A stretch of DNA of 64,000 nt from Nemertoderma westbladi. Taxonomy: Eukaryota > Animalia > Xenacoelomorpha. Position 1 is the first letter of the stretch, and every line of letters begins with the position of its first letter. This document shows, piece by piece, positions 24,951 to 41,195 of this stretch. A program made the translations under genes and the position numbers. The stretch is from positions 1 to 64,000 of the forward strand of contig JAUCBJ010003608.1 of the NCBI GenBank assembly GCA_032718475.1. The letters run 5' to 3'. The notes below the pieces were generated by a model. That model was not told where the DNA came from, made no database searches, and worked only from the letters and a program-made list of their open reading frames with translations.

Positions 24951-27900
24951 AAATATGGTAGAGATATAAATAAATAGGGTAGAGATAAATAAATATGGTA
25001 GAGATATAAATAAATAGGGTAGCGATATAAATAAATAGGGTAGAGATATAAATAAATAGGGTAGAGATATAAATAAATAGAGTAGAGATATAAATAAATA
25101 GGGTAGAGATATAAATAAATAGGGTAGCGATATAAATAAATAGGGTAGAGATATAAATAAATATGGTAGAGATATAAATAAATAGAGTAGAGATATAAAT
25201 AAATAGGGTAGAGATATAAATAAATAGAGTAGAGATATAAATAAATAGGGTAGAGATATAAATAAATAGGGTAGAGATATAAATAAATAGGGTAGAGATA
25301 TAAATAAATAGGGTACAGATATAAATAAATAGAGTAGAGATATAAATAAATAGGGTAGAGATATAAATAAATAGAGTAGAGATATAAATAAATAGGGTAG
25401 AGATATAAATAAATATGGTAGAGATATAAATAAATAGGGTAGAGATATAAATAAATAGGGTAGAGATATAAATAAATAGGGTAGAGATATAAATAAATAG
25501 GGTAGAGATATAAATAAATAGGGTAGAGATATAAATAAATAGGGTAGAGATATAAATAAATAGAGTAGAGATATAAATAAATAGGGTAGAGATATAAATA
25601 AATAGGGTAGAGATATAAATAATATTATATGGTAGAGATATAAATAAATAGGGTAGAGATATAAATAAATAGGGTAGAGATATAAATAAATAGGGTAGAG
25701 ATATAAATAAATAGGGTAGAGATATAAATAAATAGGGTAGAGATATAAATAAATAGGGTAGAGATATAAATAAATAGGGTAGAGATATAAATAAATAGGG
25801 TAGATATATAAATAAATAGGGTAGAGATATAAATAAATAGGGTAGAGATATAAATAAATAGGGTAGAGATATAAATAAATAGGGTAGAGATATAAATAAA
25901 TAGGGTAGAGATATAAATAATATTATATGGTAGATATATAAATAAATAGGGTAGAGATATAAATAAATAGGGTAGAGATATAAATAAATAGGGTAGAGAT
26001 ATAAATAAATAGGGTAGAGATATAAATAAATATGGTAGAGATATAAATAAATAGGGTAGAGATATAAATAAATAGGGTAGAGATATAAATAAATAGGGTA
26101 GCGATATAAATAAATAGGGTAGCGATATAAATAAATATGGTAGAGATATAAATAAATAGGGTAGAGATATAAATAAATAGGGTAGAGATATAAATAAATA
26201 GGGTAGAGATATAAATAAATAGGGTAGCGATATAAATAAATATGGTAGAGATATAAATAAATAGGGTAGAGATATAAATAAATATGGTAGAGATATAAAT
26301 AAATAGGGTAGAGATATAAATAAATAGGGTAGAGATATAAATAAATAGGGTAGAGATATAAATAAATATGGTAGAGATATAAATAAATAGGGTAGAGATA
26401 TAAATAAATAGGGTAGAGATATAAATAAATAGGGTAGAGATATAAATAAATAGGGTAGCGATATAAATAAATAGGGTAGCGATATAAATAAATATGGTAG
26501 AGATATAAATAAATAGGGTAGAGATATAAATAAATAGGGTAGAGATATAAATAAATAGGGTAGCGATATAAATAAATAGGGTAGCGATATAAATAAATAT
26601 GGTAGAGATATAAATAAATAGGGTAGAGATATAAATAAATAGGGTAGAGATATAAATAAATAGGGTAGAGATATAAATAAATAGGGTAGCGATATAAATA
26701 AATAGGGTAGCGATATAAATAAATATGGTAGAGATATAAATAAATAGGGTAGAGATATAAATAAATAGGGTAGAGATATAAATAAATAGGGTAGAGATAT
26801 AAATAAATAGGGTAGCGATATAAATAAATAGGGTAGCGATATAAATAAATAGGGTAGAGATATAAATAAATAGGGTAGCGATATAAATAAATAGGGTAGC
26901 GATATAAATAAATAGGGTAGAGATATAAATAAATAGGGTAGAGATATAAATAAATAGGGTAGAGATATAAATAAATAGGGTAGAGATATAAATAAATAGG
27001 GTAGAGATATAAATAAATAGGGTAGAGATATAAATAAATAGGGTAGCGATATAAATAAATAGGGTAGCGATATAAATAAATATGGTAGAGATATAAATAA
27101 ATAGGGTAGAGATATAAATAAATAGGGTAGAGATATAAATAAATAGGGTAGCGATATAAATAAATAGGGTAGCGATATAAATAAATATGGTAGAGATATA
27201 AATAAATAGGGTAGAGATATAAATAAATAGGGTAGAGATATAAATAAATAGGGTAGAGATATAAATAAATAGGGTAGCGATATAAATAAATAGGGTAGCG
27301 ATATAAATAAATATGGTAGAGATATAAATAAATAGGGTAGAGATATAAATAAATAGGGTAGAGATATAAATAAATAGGGTAGAGATATAAATAAATAGGG
27401 TAGCGATATAAATAAATAGGGTAGCGATATAAATAAATATGGTAGAGATATAAATAAATAGGGTAGAGATATAAATAAATAGGGTAGAGATATAAATAAA
27501 TAGGGTAGAGATATAAATAAATAGGGTAGCGATATAAATAAATATGGTAGAGATATAAATAAATAGGGTAGAGATATAAATAAATAGGGTAGAGATATAA
27601 ATAAATAGGGTAGAGATATAAATAAATAGGGTAGCGATATAAATAAATAGGGTAGCGATATAAATAAATATGGTAGAGATATAAATAAATAGGGTAGAGA
27701 TATAAATAAATAGGGTAGAGATATAAATAAATAGGGTAGAGATATAAATAAATAGGGTAGCGATATAAATAAATAGGGTAGCGATATAAATAAATATGGT
27801 AGAGATATAAATAAATAGGGTAGAGATATAAATAAATAGGGTAGAGATATAAATAAATAGGGTAGAGATATAAATAAATAGGGTAGAGATATAAATAAAT

Positions 27901-30275
27901 AGGGTAGAGATATAAATAAATAGGGTAGCGATATAAATAAATAGGGTAGCGATATAAATAAATAGGGTAGAGATATAAATAAATAGGGTAGAGATATAAA
28001 TAAATAGGGTAGAGATATAAATAAATAGGGTAGAGATATAAATAAATAGGGTAGAGATATAAATAATATTATATGGTAGATATATAAATAATATTATATG
28101 GTAGATATATAAATAAATAGGGTAGAGATATAAATAAATAGGGTAGAGATATAAATAAATAGGGTAGAGATATAAATAAATAGGGTAGAGATATAAATAA
28201 ATAGGGTAGAGATATAAATAAATAGGGTAGAGATATAAATAAATAGGGTAGAGATATAAATAAATAGGGTAGAGATATAAATAAATAGGGTAGAGATATA
28301 AATAAATAGGGTAGAGATATAAATAATATTATATGGTAGATATATAAATAATATTATATGGTAGATATATAAATAAATAGGGTAGAGATATAAATAAATA
28401 GGGTAGAGATATAAATAAATAGGGTAGAGATATAAATAAATAGGGTAGAGATATAAATAATATTATATGGTAGATATATAAATAAATAGGGTAGAGATAT
28501 AAATAAATAGGGTAGAGATATAAATAAATAGGGTAGAGATATAAATAATATTATATGGTAGATATATAAATAATATTATATGGTAGATATATAAATAAAT
28601 AGGGTAGAGATATAAATAAATAGGGTAGAGATATAAATAAATAGGGTAGAGATATAAATAAATAGGGTAGAGATATAAATAAATAGGGTAGAGATATAAA
28701 TAAATAGGGTAGAGATATAAATAAATAGGGTAGAGATATAAATAAATAGAGTAGAGATATAAATAATATTATATGGTAGATATATAAATAATATTATATG
28801 GTAGATATATAAATAAATAGGGTAGAGATATAAATAAATAGGGTAGAGATATAAATAAATAGGGTAGAGATATAAATAAATAGGGTAGAGATATAAATAA
28901 ATAGGGTAGAGATATAAATAAATAGGGTAGAGATATAAATAAATAGGGTAGAGATATAAATAAATATGGTAGTGATATAAATAAATAGGGTAGAGATATA
29001 AATAAATAGGGTAGAGATATAAATAAATAGGGTAGAGATATAAATAAATAGGGTAGAGATATAAATAAATAGGGTAGAGATATAAATAAATAGGGTAGAG
29101 ATATAAATAAATAGGGTAGAGATATAAATAAATAGGGTAGAGATATAAATAAATAGGGTAGAGATATAAATAAATAGGGTAGAGATATAAATAAATAGAG
29201 TAGAGATATAAATAAATAGGGTAGAGATATAAATAAATATGGTAGAGATATAAATAAATAGAGTAGAGATATAAATAAATAGGGTAGAGATATAAATAAT
29301 ATTATATGGTAGATATATAAATAAATAGGGTAGAGATATAAATAAATAGGGTAGAGATATAAATAAATAGGGTAGAGATATAAATAAATAGGGTAGAGAT
29401 ATAAATAAATAGGGTAGAGATATAAATAAATAGGGTAGAGATATAAATAATATTATATGGTAGATATATAAATAAATAGGGTAGAGATATAAATAAATAG
29501 GGTAGAGATATAAATAAATAGGGTAGAGATATAAATAAATAGGGTAGAGATATAAATAAATAGGGTAGAGATATAAATAAATAGGGTAGAGATATAAATA
29601 ATATTATATGGTAGAGATATAAATAAATAGGGTAGAGATATAAATAAATATGGTAGTGATATAAATAAATAGGGTAGAGATATAAATAAATAGGGTAGAG
29701 ATATAAATAAATAGGGTAGAGATATAAATAAATAGGGTAGTGATATAAATAAATAGGGTAGAGATATAAATAAATAGGGTAGAGATATAAATAAATAGGG
29801 TAGAGATATAAATAAATAGGGTAGAGATATAAATAAATAGAGTAGAGATATAAATAAATAGGGTAGAGATATAAATAAATAGGGTAGAGATATAAATAAA
29901 TAGGGTAGAGATATAAATAAATAGGGTAGAGATATAAATAAATAGGGTAGAGATATAAATAAATAGGGTAGAGATATAAATAAATAGGGTAGAGATATAA
30001 ATAAATAGGGTAGAGATATAAATAAATAGGGTAGAGATATAAATAAATAGGGTAGATATATAAATAAATATGGTAGTGATATAAATAAATAGGGTAGAGA
30101 TATAAATAAATAGGGTAGAGATATAAATAAATAGGGTAGAGATATAAATAAATAGGGTAGAGATATAAATAAATAGGGTAGATATATAAATAAATAGGGT
30201 AGAGATATAAATAAATAGGGTAGAGATATAAATAAATAGGGTAGATATATAAATAAATAGGGTAGAGATATAAAT
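24951..30275. repeat. 21-bp AT-rich satellite, ~250 copies
   Basis: Unit gagatataaataaatagggta with recurrent variants (tatggta, gcgata, aatattattatgg); directly abuts the 50-bp array. Confidence 0.98.
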
Positions 30276-30468
30276 TACCAAATCAGGGAAAGGAGCAGGT
30301 TACAGAGACGGGACTTTCTAACCAAAACAATAAACGGTAACTTTACCGAATCAGGGAAAGGAACAGGTTACAGAGGCGGGATTTTCTAACCAAAATAATA
30401 AACAGTCACTTTACTAAATGAAGGAAATACTAGGTACCGGCATGCTGTGTACGAAAGTAATAAGAGGG

Positions 30469-31821
30469 CATTTTTCTGACTGTTATCCAATAAGAGTTTC
30501 GTATTACATTTTCTGAATGTTATCCAATAAGAGTTTCGTATTACATTTTTCTGACTGTTATCCAATAAGTGTTTCTTATTACATTTTTCTGAATGTTATC
30601 CAATAAGAGTTTCGTATTACATTTTTCTGACTGTTATCCAATAAGAGTTTCGTATTACATTTTTCTGACTGTTATCCAATAAGAGTTTTGTATTACATTT
30701 TTCTGACTGTTATCCAATAAGAGTTTCGTATTACATTTTTCTGACTGTTATCCAATAAGAGTTTCGTATTACATTTTTCTGACTGTTATCCAATAAGAGT
30801 TTTGTATTACATTTTTCTGACTGTTATCCAATAAGAGTTTCGTATTACATTTTTCTGACTGTTATCCAATAAGAGTTTCGTATTACATTTTTCTGACTGT
30901 TATCCAATAAGTGTTTCTTATTACATTTTTCTGAATGTTATCCAATAAGAGTTTCGTATTACATTTTTCTGACTGTTATCCAATAAGAGTTTCGTATTAC
31001 ATTTTTCTGACTGTTATCCAATAAGAGTTTTGTATTACATTTTTCTGACTGTTATCCAATAAGAGTTTCGTATTACATTTTTCTGACTGTTATCCAATAA
31101 GAGTTTCGTATTACATTTTTCTGACTGTTATCCAATAAGTGTTTCTTATTACATTTTTCTGAATGTTATCCAATAAGAGTTTCGTATTACATTTTTCTGA
31201 CTGTTATCCAATAAGTGTTTCTTATTACATTTTTCTGAATGTTATCCAATAAGAGTTTCGTATTACATTTTTCTGACTGTTATCCAATAAGAGTTTCGTA
31301 TTACATTTTTCTGACTGTTATCCAATAAGAGTTTTGTATTACATTTTTCTGACTGTTATCCAATAAGAGTTTCGTATTACATTTTTCTGACTGTTATCCA
31401 ATAAGAGTTTCGTATTACATTTTTCTGACTGTTATCCAATAAGAGTTTCGTATTACATTTTTCTGACTGTTATCCAATAAGAGTTTCGTATTACATTTTT
31501 CTGACTGTTATCCAATAAGAGTTTCGTATTACATTTTTCTGACTGTTATCCTTCGTATTACATTTTTCTGACTGTTATCCAATAAGAGTTTCGTATTACA
31601 TTTTTCTGACTGTTATCCAATAAGAGTTTCGTATTACATTTTTCTGACTGTTATCCAATAAGAGTTTCGTATTACATTTTTCTGACTGTTATCCAATAAG
31701 AGTTTCGTATTACATTTTTCTGACTGTTATCCAATAAGAGTTTCGTATTACATTTTTCTGACTGTTATCCAATAAGAGTTTCGTATTACATTTTTCTGAC
31801 TGTTATCCAATAAGGGTTTCG
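30469..31821. repeat. 38-bp minisatellite, ~35 copies
   Basis: Unit ttacatttttctgactgttatccaataagagtttcgta. Confidence 0.97.
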
Positions 31822-32137
31822 AAAACGCTAAACTTATGTTCCGAATCATATTATTATTTATTGCAAAATAATCAAATTACGACGTATTATATTTATATAA
31901 CTGTAACATATTTATATACAATATAACTGTATATAATAATTTAATTAATATTAACTGTTGTTTTGCTGCACAATCGAAATAAAGAAAGGCAGCAGTGAGG
32001 ATAAAAGCGTACATATTAATAGAGTTTCGTTGAATTATTTAGAAATTCAATTGGAAAAAAAATTAAGAAAAAAATTAAGAGATATTATAAAGTAACAAAA
32101 TTCCTATTGATGTTTTATTTATTCCAACTGAATAAGT

Positions 32138-32863
32138 TTACGGTTTCCCTTTCATAGCTATCCCTTTCTTATTAAAGTCACTGAAAGCATTGATAGTCCG
32201 GGTTGGTTGGCTTCTGCTTGTTGATTGGCCGGCTGGTAGGATAGGTCTGCCCGTTGATTGGGCAGCTTTCGCGCGCCTCAGAGCTTCGTTCCGTGCGTTA
32301 GCACTAAGTTTATTAGCCAATCCAGCGAGGCCTTTACCCCCTCCCCCACTGGACAGTAAATCTTTACCGATACCCAGAACACTCTTAGGCGAAGGAGGCG
32401 GGGCAAACAGACTCGAACCGACAAATGTCGGTGAGTCGGCTTTGCATACCAAGTTGTCCGATTTACTAACAGAGGCAGTTTTATTAATCGAAGTGTCCGA
32501 TTTAACGGATGTACTTTCGGTTTTAGGTGGAATGTTTTTAGACTTAGTGGTCACTCCCGTATTACCTGTTGGGTCGTCAAACATCGATATCAGTTTGAGA
32601 CCACCGCGTTCTTTACTTTGTTTACTTTGCACCGGAGGACCACTGGTGGATTTAACTACGTGAGTGGTCTGTTTAGCACCGGTTGTAGCCAGAGTAGAGG
32701 TCGCGTTACTAGGTGACGATTTACTACGTGATTGTGTAACCCGGGGCAACAAGGTTTTCGAAGCGTGATTTAGTTGCGCCCCTCTGTGGTTCTTATTGGA
32801 ATAGGAAGAGGCCAGTCCAGCGAGACCCATCCCACTGCCATTGTTACCACTTTGCGTTGTAAA
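32138..32863 (-). CDS. INTS12: Integrator complex subunit 12, last coding exon (Ser/Gly/Lys-rich tail)
   Basis: Acceptor ttttatttcag| at 32864-32865, phase 0. FTTQSGNNGSGMGLAGLA...GLAGLA...EALRRAKAAQ...stop at 32138; resembles the low-complexity INTS12 C-terminus. Confidence 0.75.
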   Translation of the reverse strand, partial: FTTQSGNNGSGMGLAGLASSYSNKNHRGAQLNHASKTLLPRVTQSRSKSSPSNATSTLATTGAKQTTHVVKSTSGPPVQSKQSKERGGLKLISMFDDPTGNTGVTTKSKNIPPKTESTSVKSDTSINKTASVSKSDNLVCKADSPTFVGSSLFAPPPSPKSVLGIGKDLLSSGGGGKGLAGLANKLSANARNEALRRAKAAQSTGRPILPAGQSTSRSQPTRTINAFSDFNKKGIAMKGKP

Positions 32864-33074
32864 CTGAAATAAAATAAATGATTAATGTGTAAATAGCGAT
32901 GTGTACACTTACAGTAAGTAATATGTGACGTAATTCTGTATAAAACTACTTTACAGTAAGGCGACTTATGGTTGGCCAAATAATCGTCGTAGCGTGTGAG
33001 AACTCGAATTGATCGCGATCTATAAAGCCGAACCCTGGAAGTGAAATTTTCTGTGGAATTTTCGAAACATTTCG

Positions 33075-36000
33075 CCACAACTACAGTACTACTACACACA
33101 CAGCTACCGTTGTACTACTACACACACAGCTACCGTTGTACTACTACACACACAGCTACCGTTGTACTACTACACACACAGCTACCGTTGTACTACTACA
33201 CACACAGCTACCGTTGTACTACTACACACACAACTACCGTTGTACTACTACACACACAGCTACCGTTGTACTACTACACACACAACTACCATTGTACTAC
33301 TACACACACAGCTACCGTTGTACTACTACACACACAGCTACCGTTGTACTACTACACACACAACTACCGTTGTACTACTACACATACAACTACAGTTGTA
33401 CTACTACACACACAACTACCGTTGTACTACTACACACACAGATACCGTTGTACTACTACACACACAGCTATCGTTGTACTACTACACACACAGCTACCGT
33501 TGTACTACTACACACACAGCTACCGTTGTACTACTACACACACAGCTACCGTTGTACTACTACACACACAACTACAGTACTACTACACACACAACTACCG
33601 TTGTACTACTACACACACAGCTACCGTTGTACTACTACACACACAACTACAGTACTACTACACACACAACTACCGTTGTACTACTACACACACAGCTATC
33701 GTTGTACTACTACACACACAGCTACCGTTGTACTACTACACACACAGCTACCGTTGTACTACTACACACACAGCTACCGTTGTACTACTACACACACAAC
33801 TACAGTACTACTACACATACAACTACCGTTGTACTACTACACACACAGCTACCGTTGTACTACTACACACACAGCTATCGTTGTACTACTACACACACAG
33901 CTACCGTTGTACTACTACACACACAGCTACCGTTGTACTACTACACACACAGCTACCGTTGTACTACTACACACACAACTACAGTACTACTACACACACA
34001 ACTACCGTTGTACTACTACACACACAGCTACCGTTGTACTACTACACACACAACTACCATTGTACTACTACACACACAGCTACCGTTGTACTACTACACA
34101 CACAGCTACCGTTGTACTACTACACACACAACTACAGTACTACTACACACACAACTACCGTTGTACTACTACACACACAGCTACCGTTGTACTACTACAC
34201 ACACAACTACCGTTGTACTACTACACACACAACTACCGTTGTACTACTACACACACAACTACCGTTGTACTACTACACACACAGCTACCGTTGTACTACT
34301 ACACACACAACTACAGTACTACTACACAAACAACTACCGTTGTACTACTACACACACAGCTACCGTTGTACTACTACACACACAGCTACCGTTGTACTAC
34401 TACACACACAACTACAGTACTACTACACACACAACTACCGTTGTACTACTACACACACAGCTACCGTTGTACTACTACACACACAACTACCGTTGTACTA
34501 CTACACATACAACTACAGTTGTACTACTACACACACAACTACCGTTGTACTACTACACACACAGCTACCGTTGTACTACTACACACACAGCTACCGTTGT
34601 ACTACTACACACACAGATACCGTTGTACTACTACACACACAGCTACCGTTGTACTACTACACACACAGCTACCGTTGTACTACTACACACACAACTACCG
34701 TTGTACTACTACACACACAACTACCGTTGTACTACTACACACACAACTACCGTTATACTACTACACACACAACTACCGTTGTACTACTACACATACAACT
34801 ACCGTTGTACTACTACACACACAGCTACCGTTGTACTACTACACACACAGCTACCGTTGTACTACTACACACACAACTACCGTTGTACTACTACACACAC
34901 AACTACCGTTGTACTACTACACACACAACTACCGTTGTACTACTACACATACAACTACAGTTGTACTACTACACACACAACTACCGTTGTACTACTACAC
35001 ATACAACTACAGTTGTACTACTACACACACAACTACAGTACTACTACACACACAACTACCGTTGTACTACTACACATACAACACACAACTATAGTACTAC
35101 TACACACACAACTACCGTTGTACTACTACACACACAGCTACCGTTGTACTACTACACACACAGCTACCGTTGTACTACTACACACACAACTACCGTTGTA
35201 CTACTACACACACAACTACAGTACTACTACACACACAGCTACCGTTGTACTACTACACACACAACTACCGTTGTACTACTACACACACAACTACCGTTGT
35301 ACTACTACACACACAACTACCGTTGTACTACTACACACACAACTACAGTTGTACTACTACACACACAACTACCGTTGTACTACTACACACACAACTACCG
35401 TTGTACTACTACACACACAACTACAGTTGTACTACTACACACACAACTACCGTTGTACTACTACACACACAACTACAGTACTACTACACACACAACTACC
35501 GTTGTACTACTACACACACAACTACAGTACTACTACACACACAGCTACAGTTCTACTACTACACACACAGCTACCGTTGTACTACTACACACACAACTAC
35601 AGTTGTACTACTACACACACAACTACCGTTGTACTACTACACACACAACTACCGTTGTACTACTACACACACAACTACCGTTGTACTACTACACACACAA
35701 CAACAGTTGTACTACTACACACACAACTACCGTTGTACTACTACACACACAACTACCGTTGTACTACTACACACACAACTACAGTTGTACTACTACACAC
35801 ACAACTACAGTTGCACTACTACACACACAACTACCGTTGTACTACTACACACACAACTACCGTTGTACTACTACACACACAACTACCGTTGTACTACTAC
35901 ACACACAGTTACCGTTGTACTACTACACACACAGCTACCGTTGTACTACTACACACACAACTACCGTTGTACTACTACACATACAACTACCGTTGTACTA

Positions 36001-39000
36001 CTACACATACAACTACAGTTGTACTACTACACACACAACTACCGTTGTACTACTACACACACAGCTACCGTTGTACTACTACACACACAACTACCGTTGT
36101 ACTACTACACACACAACTACAGTACTACTACACACACAGCTACCGTTGTACTACTACACACACAACTACCGTTGTACTACTACACACACAACTACCGTTG
36201 TACTACTACACACACAACTACCGTTGTACTACTACACACACAACTACCGTTGTACTACTACACACACAACTACCGTTGTACTACTACACACACAGCTACC
36301 GTTGTACTACTACACACACAGCTACCGTTGTACTACTACACACACAGCTACCGTTGTACTACTACACACACAGCTACCGTTGTACTACTACACACACAAC
36401 TACCGTTGTACTACTACACACACAGCTACCGTTGTACTACTACACACACAACTACCGTTGTACTACTACACACACAACTACCGTTGTACTACTACACACA
36501 CAGCTACCGTTGTACTACTACACACACAGCTACCGTTGTACTACTACACACACAGCTACCGTTGTACTACTACACACACAGCTACCGTTGTACTACTACA
36601 CACACAGCTACCGTTGTACTACTACACACACAACTACCGTTGTACTACTACACACACAGCTACCGTTGTACTACTACACACACAGCTACCGTTGTACTAC
36701 TACACACACAACTACCGTTGTACTACTACACACACAGCTACCGTTGTACTACTACACACACAGCTACCGTTGTACTACTACACACACAACTACCGTTGTA
36801 CTACTACACACACACAGCTACCGTTGTACTACTACACACACAACTACCGTTGTACTACAACACACACAACTACCGTTGTACTACTACACACACAACTACC
36901 GTTGTACTACTACACACACAACTACCGTTGTACTACTACACAAACAGCTACCGTTGTACTACTACACACACAGCTACCGTTGTACTACTACACACACAAC
37001 TACCGTTGTACTACTACACACACAACTACGGTTGTACTACTACACACACAACTACCGTTGTACTACTACACACACAACTACAGTACTACTACACACACAA
37101 CTACCGTTGTACTACTACACACACAACTACAGTACTACTACACACACAGCTACAGTTCTACTACTACACACACAGCTACCGTTGTACTACTACACACACA
37201 ACTACCGTTGTACTACTACACACACAACTACCGTTGTACTACTACACACACAACTACCGTTGTACTACTACACACACAACTACCGTTGTACTACTACACA
37301 CACAACTACCGTTGTACTACTACACACACAGCTACCGTTGTACTACTACACACACAGCTACCGTTGTACTACTACACACACAACTACCGTTGTACTACTA
37401 CACACACAACTACCGTTGTACTACTACACACACAACTACCGTTGTACTACTACACACACAACTACCGTTGTACTACTACACACACAACTACCGTTGTACT
37501 ACTACACACACAACTACCGTTGTACTACTACACACACAACTACCGTTGTACTACTACACACACAACTACCGTTGTACTACTACACAGACACACACAGCTA
37601 CCGTTGTACTACTACACACACAACTACAGTTGTACTACTACACACACAACTACCGTTGTACTACTACACACACAACTACCGTTGTACTACTACACACACA
37701 ACTACAGTACTACTACAAACACAGCTACCGTTGTACTACTACACACACAGCTACCGGTGTACTACTACACACACAACTACCGTTGTACTACTACACACAC
37801 AACTACCGTTGTACTACTACACAGACACACACAGCTACCGTTGTACTACTACACACACAACTACAGTTGTACTACTACACACACAACTACCGTTGTACTA
37901 CTACACACACAACTACCGTTGTACTACTACACACACAACTACAGTACTACTACACACACAGCTACCGTTGTACTACTACACACACAGCTACCGGTGTACT
38001 ACTACACACACAACTACCGTTGTACTACTACACACACAACTACCGTTGTACTACTACACACACAACTACCGTTGTACTACTACACACACAGCTACCGTTG
38101 TACTACTACACACACAGTTACCGTTGTACTACTACACACACAGCTACCGTTGTACTACTACACACACAACTACCGTTGTACTACTACACATACAACTACC
38201 GTTGTACTACTACACATACAACTACAGTTGTACTACTACACACACAACTACCGTTGTACTACTACACACACAGCTACCGTTGTACTACTACACACACAAC
38301 TACCGTTGTACTACTACACACACAGCTACCGTTGTACTACTACACACACAGCTACCGTTGTACTACTACACACACAACTACCGTTGTACTACTACACACA
38401 CAGCTACCGTTGTACTACTACACACACAACTACCGTTGTACTACTACACACACAACTACCGTTGTACTACTACACACACAGCTACCGTTGTACTACTACA
38501 CACACAGCTACCGTTGTACTACTACACACACAGCTACCGTTGTACTACTACACACACAGCTACCGTTGTACTACTACACACACAGCTACCGTTGTACTAC
38601 TACACACACAACTACCGTTGTACTACTACACACACAGCTACCGATGTACTACTACACACACAGCTACCGTTGTACTACTACACACACAACTACCGTTGTA
38701 CTACTACACACACAGCTACCGTTGTACTACTACACACACAACTACCGTTGTACTACTACACACACAACTACCGTTGTACTACTACACACACAACTACAGT
38801 ACTACTACACACACAACTACCGTTGTACTACTACACACACAACTACCGTTGTACTACTACACACACAACTACAGTTGTACTACTACACACACAACTACCG
38901 TTGTACTACTACACACACAACTACCGTTGTACTACTACACACACAACTACAGTACTACTACACACACAACTACCGTTGTACTACTACACACACAACTACC

Positions 39001-39480
39001 GTTGTACTACTACACACACAACTACCGTTGTACTACTACACACACAACTACAGTACTACTACACACACAACTACCGTTGTACTACTACACACACAACTAC
39101 CGTTGTACTACTACACACACAACTACCGTTGTACTACTACACACACAACTACCGTTGTACTACTACACACACAACTACAGTTGTACTACTACACACACAA
39201 CTACCGTTGTACTACTACACACACAACTACCGTTGTACTACTACACACACAACTACAGTACTACTACACACACAACTACCGTTGTACTACTACACACACA
39301 ACTACCGTTGTACTACTACACACACAACTACCGTTGTACTACTACACACACAACTACAGTACTACTACACACACAGCTACCGTTGTACTACTACACACAC
39401 AGCTATCGTTGTACTACTACACACACAACTACCGTTGTACTACTACACACACAACTACCGTTGTACTACTACACACACAG
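33075..39480. repeat. 26-bp satellite (23-bp variant), ~250 copies, intronic in INTS12
   Basis: Unit ctaccgttgtactactacacacaca(g/a). Confidence 0.98.
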
Positions 39481-40696
39481 GACACACACAAATAAAAATT
39501 TAACAAATTGTACATTCAGACATTGAGCGGGACAGCGGAATGAAAATGCGTTTCGACCTGAACAACTAAACTGAAAGGCTCACTCTACATTGGTAATAGG
39601 CGAATCAATCTAGCCGAAAAAGGGGGTCAACCCATAACAAATTCGCAATTCATCCAAACCAATTTTTTTTTATTCTACATTGCCTTGTTAATACCTCCAA
39701 AAAAGTCTATAAAAATATATTATGCGGATCACTTTCAATTTCCTGGTTCTTTCCTTAGCAACATGGATTTTACATAGCAACAAGGGGTCTATTGGTGGGA
39801 TTTTCTCCAAATTTTGAAAAGACGAACTTTACTCTTGACTATCGATTGACTGAACTATGCACTGCTGCATAGTTACCCATTTAGTTTCCAGAGCAACGGA
39901 AATTTGTCTAATAATTTAACCATTTTTAATACCAATTTTGCTGGTACAATATAAGGACCTTATTTACACAACTTCTCTACTAAACGGGTGGATGTAACCT
40001 CGCCCATCGGATTTATCGACCTCAAAAACCCTTATCCCAAAAAAATTTATTTGTTATATGATAAACTATTGTGGTTTTTAAACTAAAACAAATAGATAAA
40101 TTACACCTAAAATAATAAATCAATCACAATTTTATTATGTGAAAAGTCTTCGCTAACATTAATGGAAATTATGAGACTTCTAGTTTCCGAGATATAACAA
40201 TTAATGTGTAACACGCCAGTATAAATATTACTAATTTCCCATTGAATCACAGCTTATTGTGAAATTAATTAAATTATTCTGGAACATTACTAATTTGCTA
40301 CTTACTTTTCCCTACTGTTCCTTTTGTTTGGCTTGTGTTATGCAAATTTAGGTAGAATTTCCATGAATAAACATATGATCCACAAAATAAAATTTTACGG
40401 ACTTTTTGTGGTCATTAATAAGGTAATATAAAATCCAAAATGTGTGGTTCGGATTGATTGCGAAATACTTATGGTTTTTTTGCTAGATTGATTTGACTAT
40501 TAATTAATTGTTAGGAAGTGTAAACCATGGAAACGAGACAACGAAGTTACATCGCTCTCAACATTATTATACACATGCTTGGTAAAGATTTCGACATATT
40601 ATTTTCCTAACAAGTCGTATCTCTGAGTGGGAAATGGAGGGGAAGGAAGACCGTATGGATGGGATAGGCGATGTATTTATAAACTTTATAAATTAC

Positions 40697-40819
40697 CTTA
40701 TGCTCCGAGCGTTTGAACGGTTCTATGGTTTGTTTATCTCCACCTGAGTTCCCTGTATTCTTTGACGAGACTTTCGCGTTGCTAATATTTGCGTCTAACC
40801 GAACTGCCATCTTCTCAAC
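40697..40819 (-). CDS. INTS12: INTS12 internal exon (123 nt)
   Basis: atccag|GTT...AAG|gtaatt, phase 0/0. Ends EPFKRSEHK, matching the INTS12 FKRxExK motif. Confidence 0.8.
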
Positions 40820-40871
40820 CTGGATAAATGAATAATAAATCAATTTGCAGAAAAGATACAATAACCCAAGC

Positions 40872-41195
40872 ATTGACCTATGCGATGACCTATTGACCTA
40901 TGCGATGACCTATTGACCTATGCGATGACCTATTGACCTATGCGATGACCTATTGACCTATGCGATGACCTATTGACTTATGCGATGACCTATTGACCTA
41001 TGCGATGACCTATTGACCTATGCGATGACCTATTGACCTATGCGATGACCTATTGACCTATGCGATGACCTATTGACCTATGCGATGACCTATTGACCTA
41101 TGCGATGACCTATTGACCTATGCGACGACCTATTGACATATGCGACGACCTATTGACATATGCGACGACCTATTGACCTATGCGATAACCTATTA
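40872..41195. repeat. 20-bp minisatellite, ~16 copies, filling most of an INTS12 intron
   Basis: Unit tattgacctatgcgatgacc inside intron 40820-41228. Confidence 0.95.

Noticed and set aside
21658-24977. Six ~1050-1090 aa ORFs
   Set aside because: Product of a stop-free 50-bp unit; all frames on a strand give the same cyclic peptide; no domain.
29604-30281. 225 aa hydrophobic ORF (FIYISTL)n
   Set aside because: Translation of the 21-bp satellite.
33041-39526. ORFs up to 2161 aa (TTTHT/YYYTH)
   Set aside because: Translation of the 26-bp intronic satellite, antisense to INTS12.
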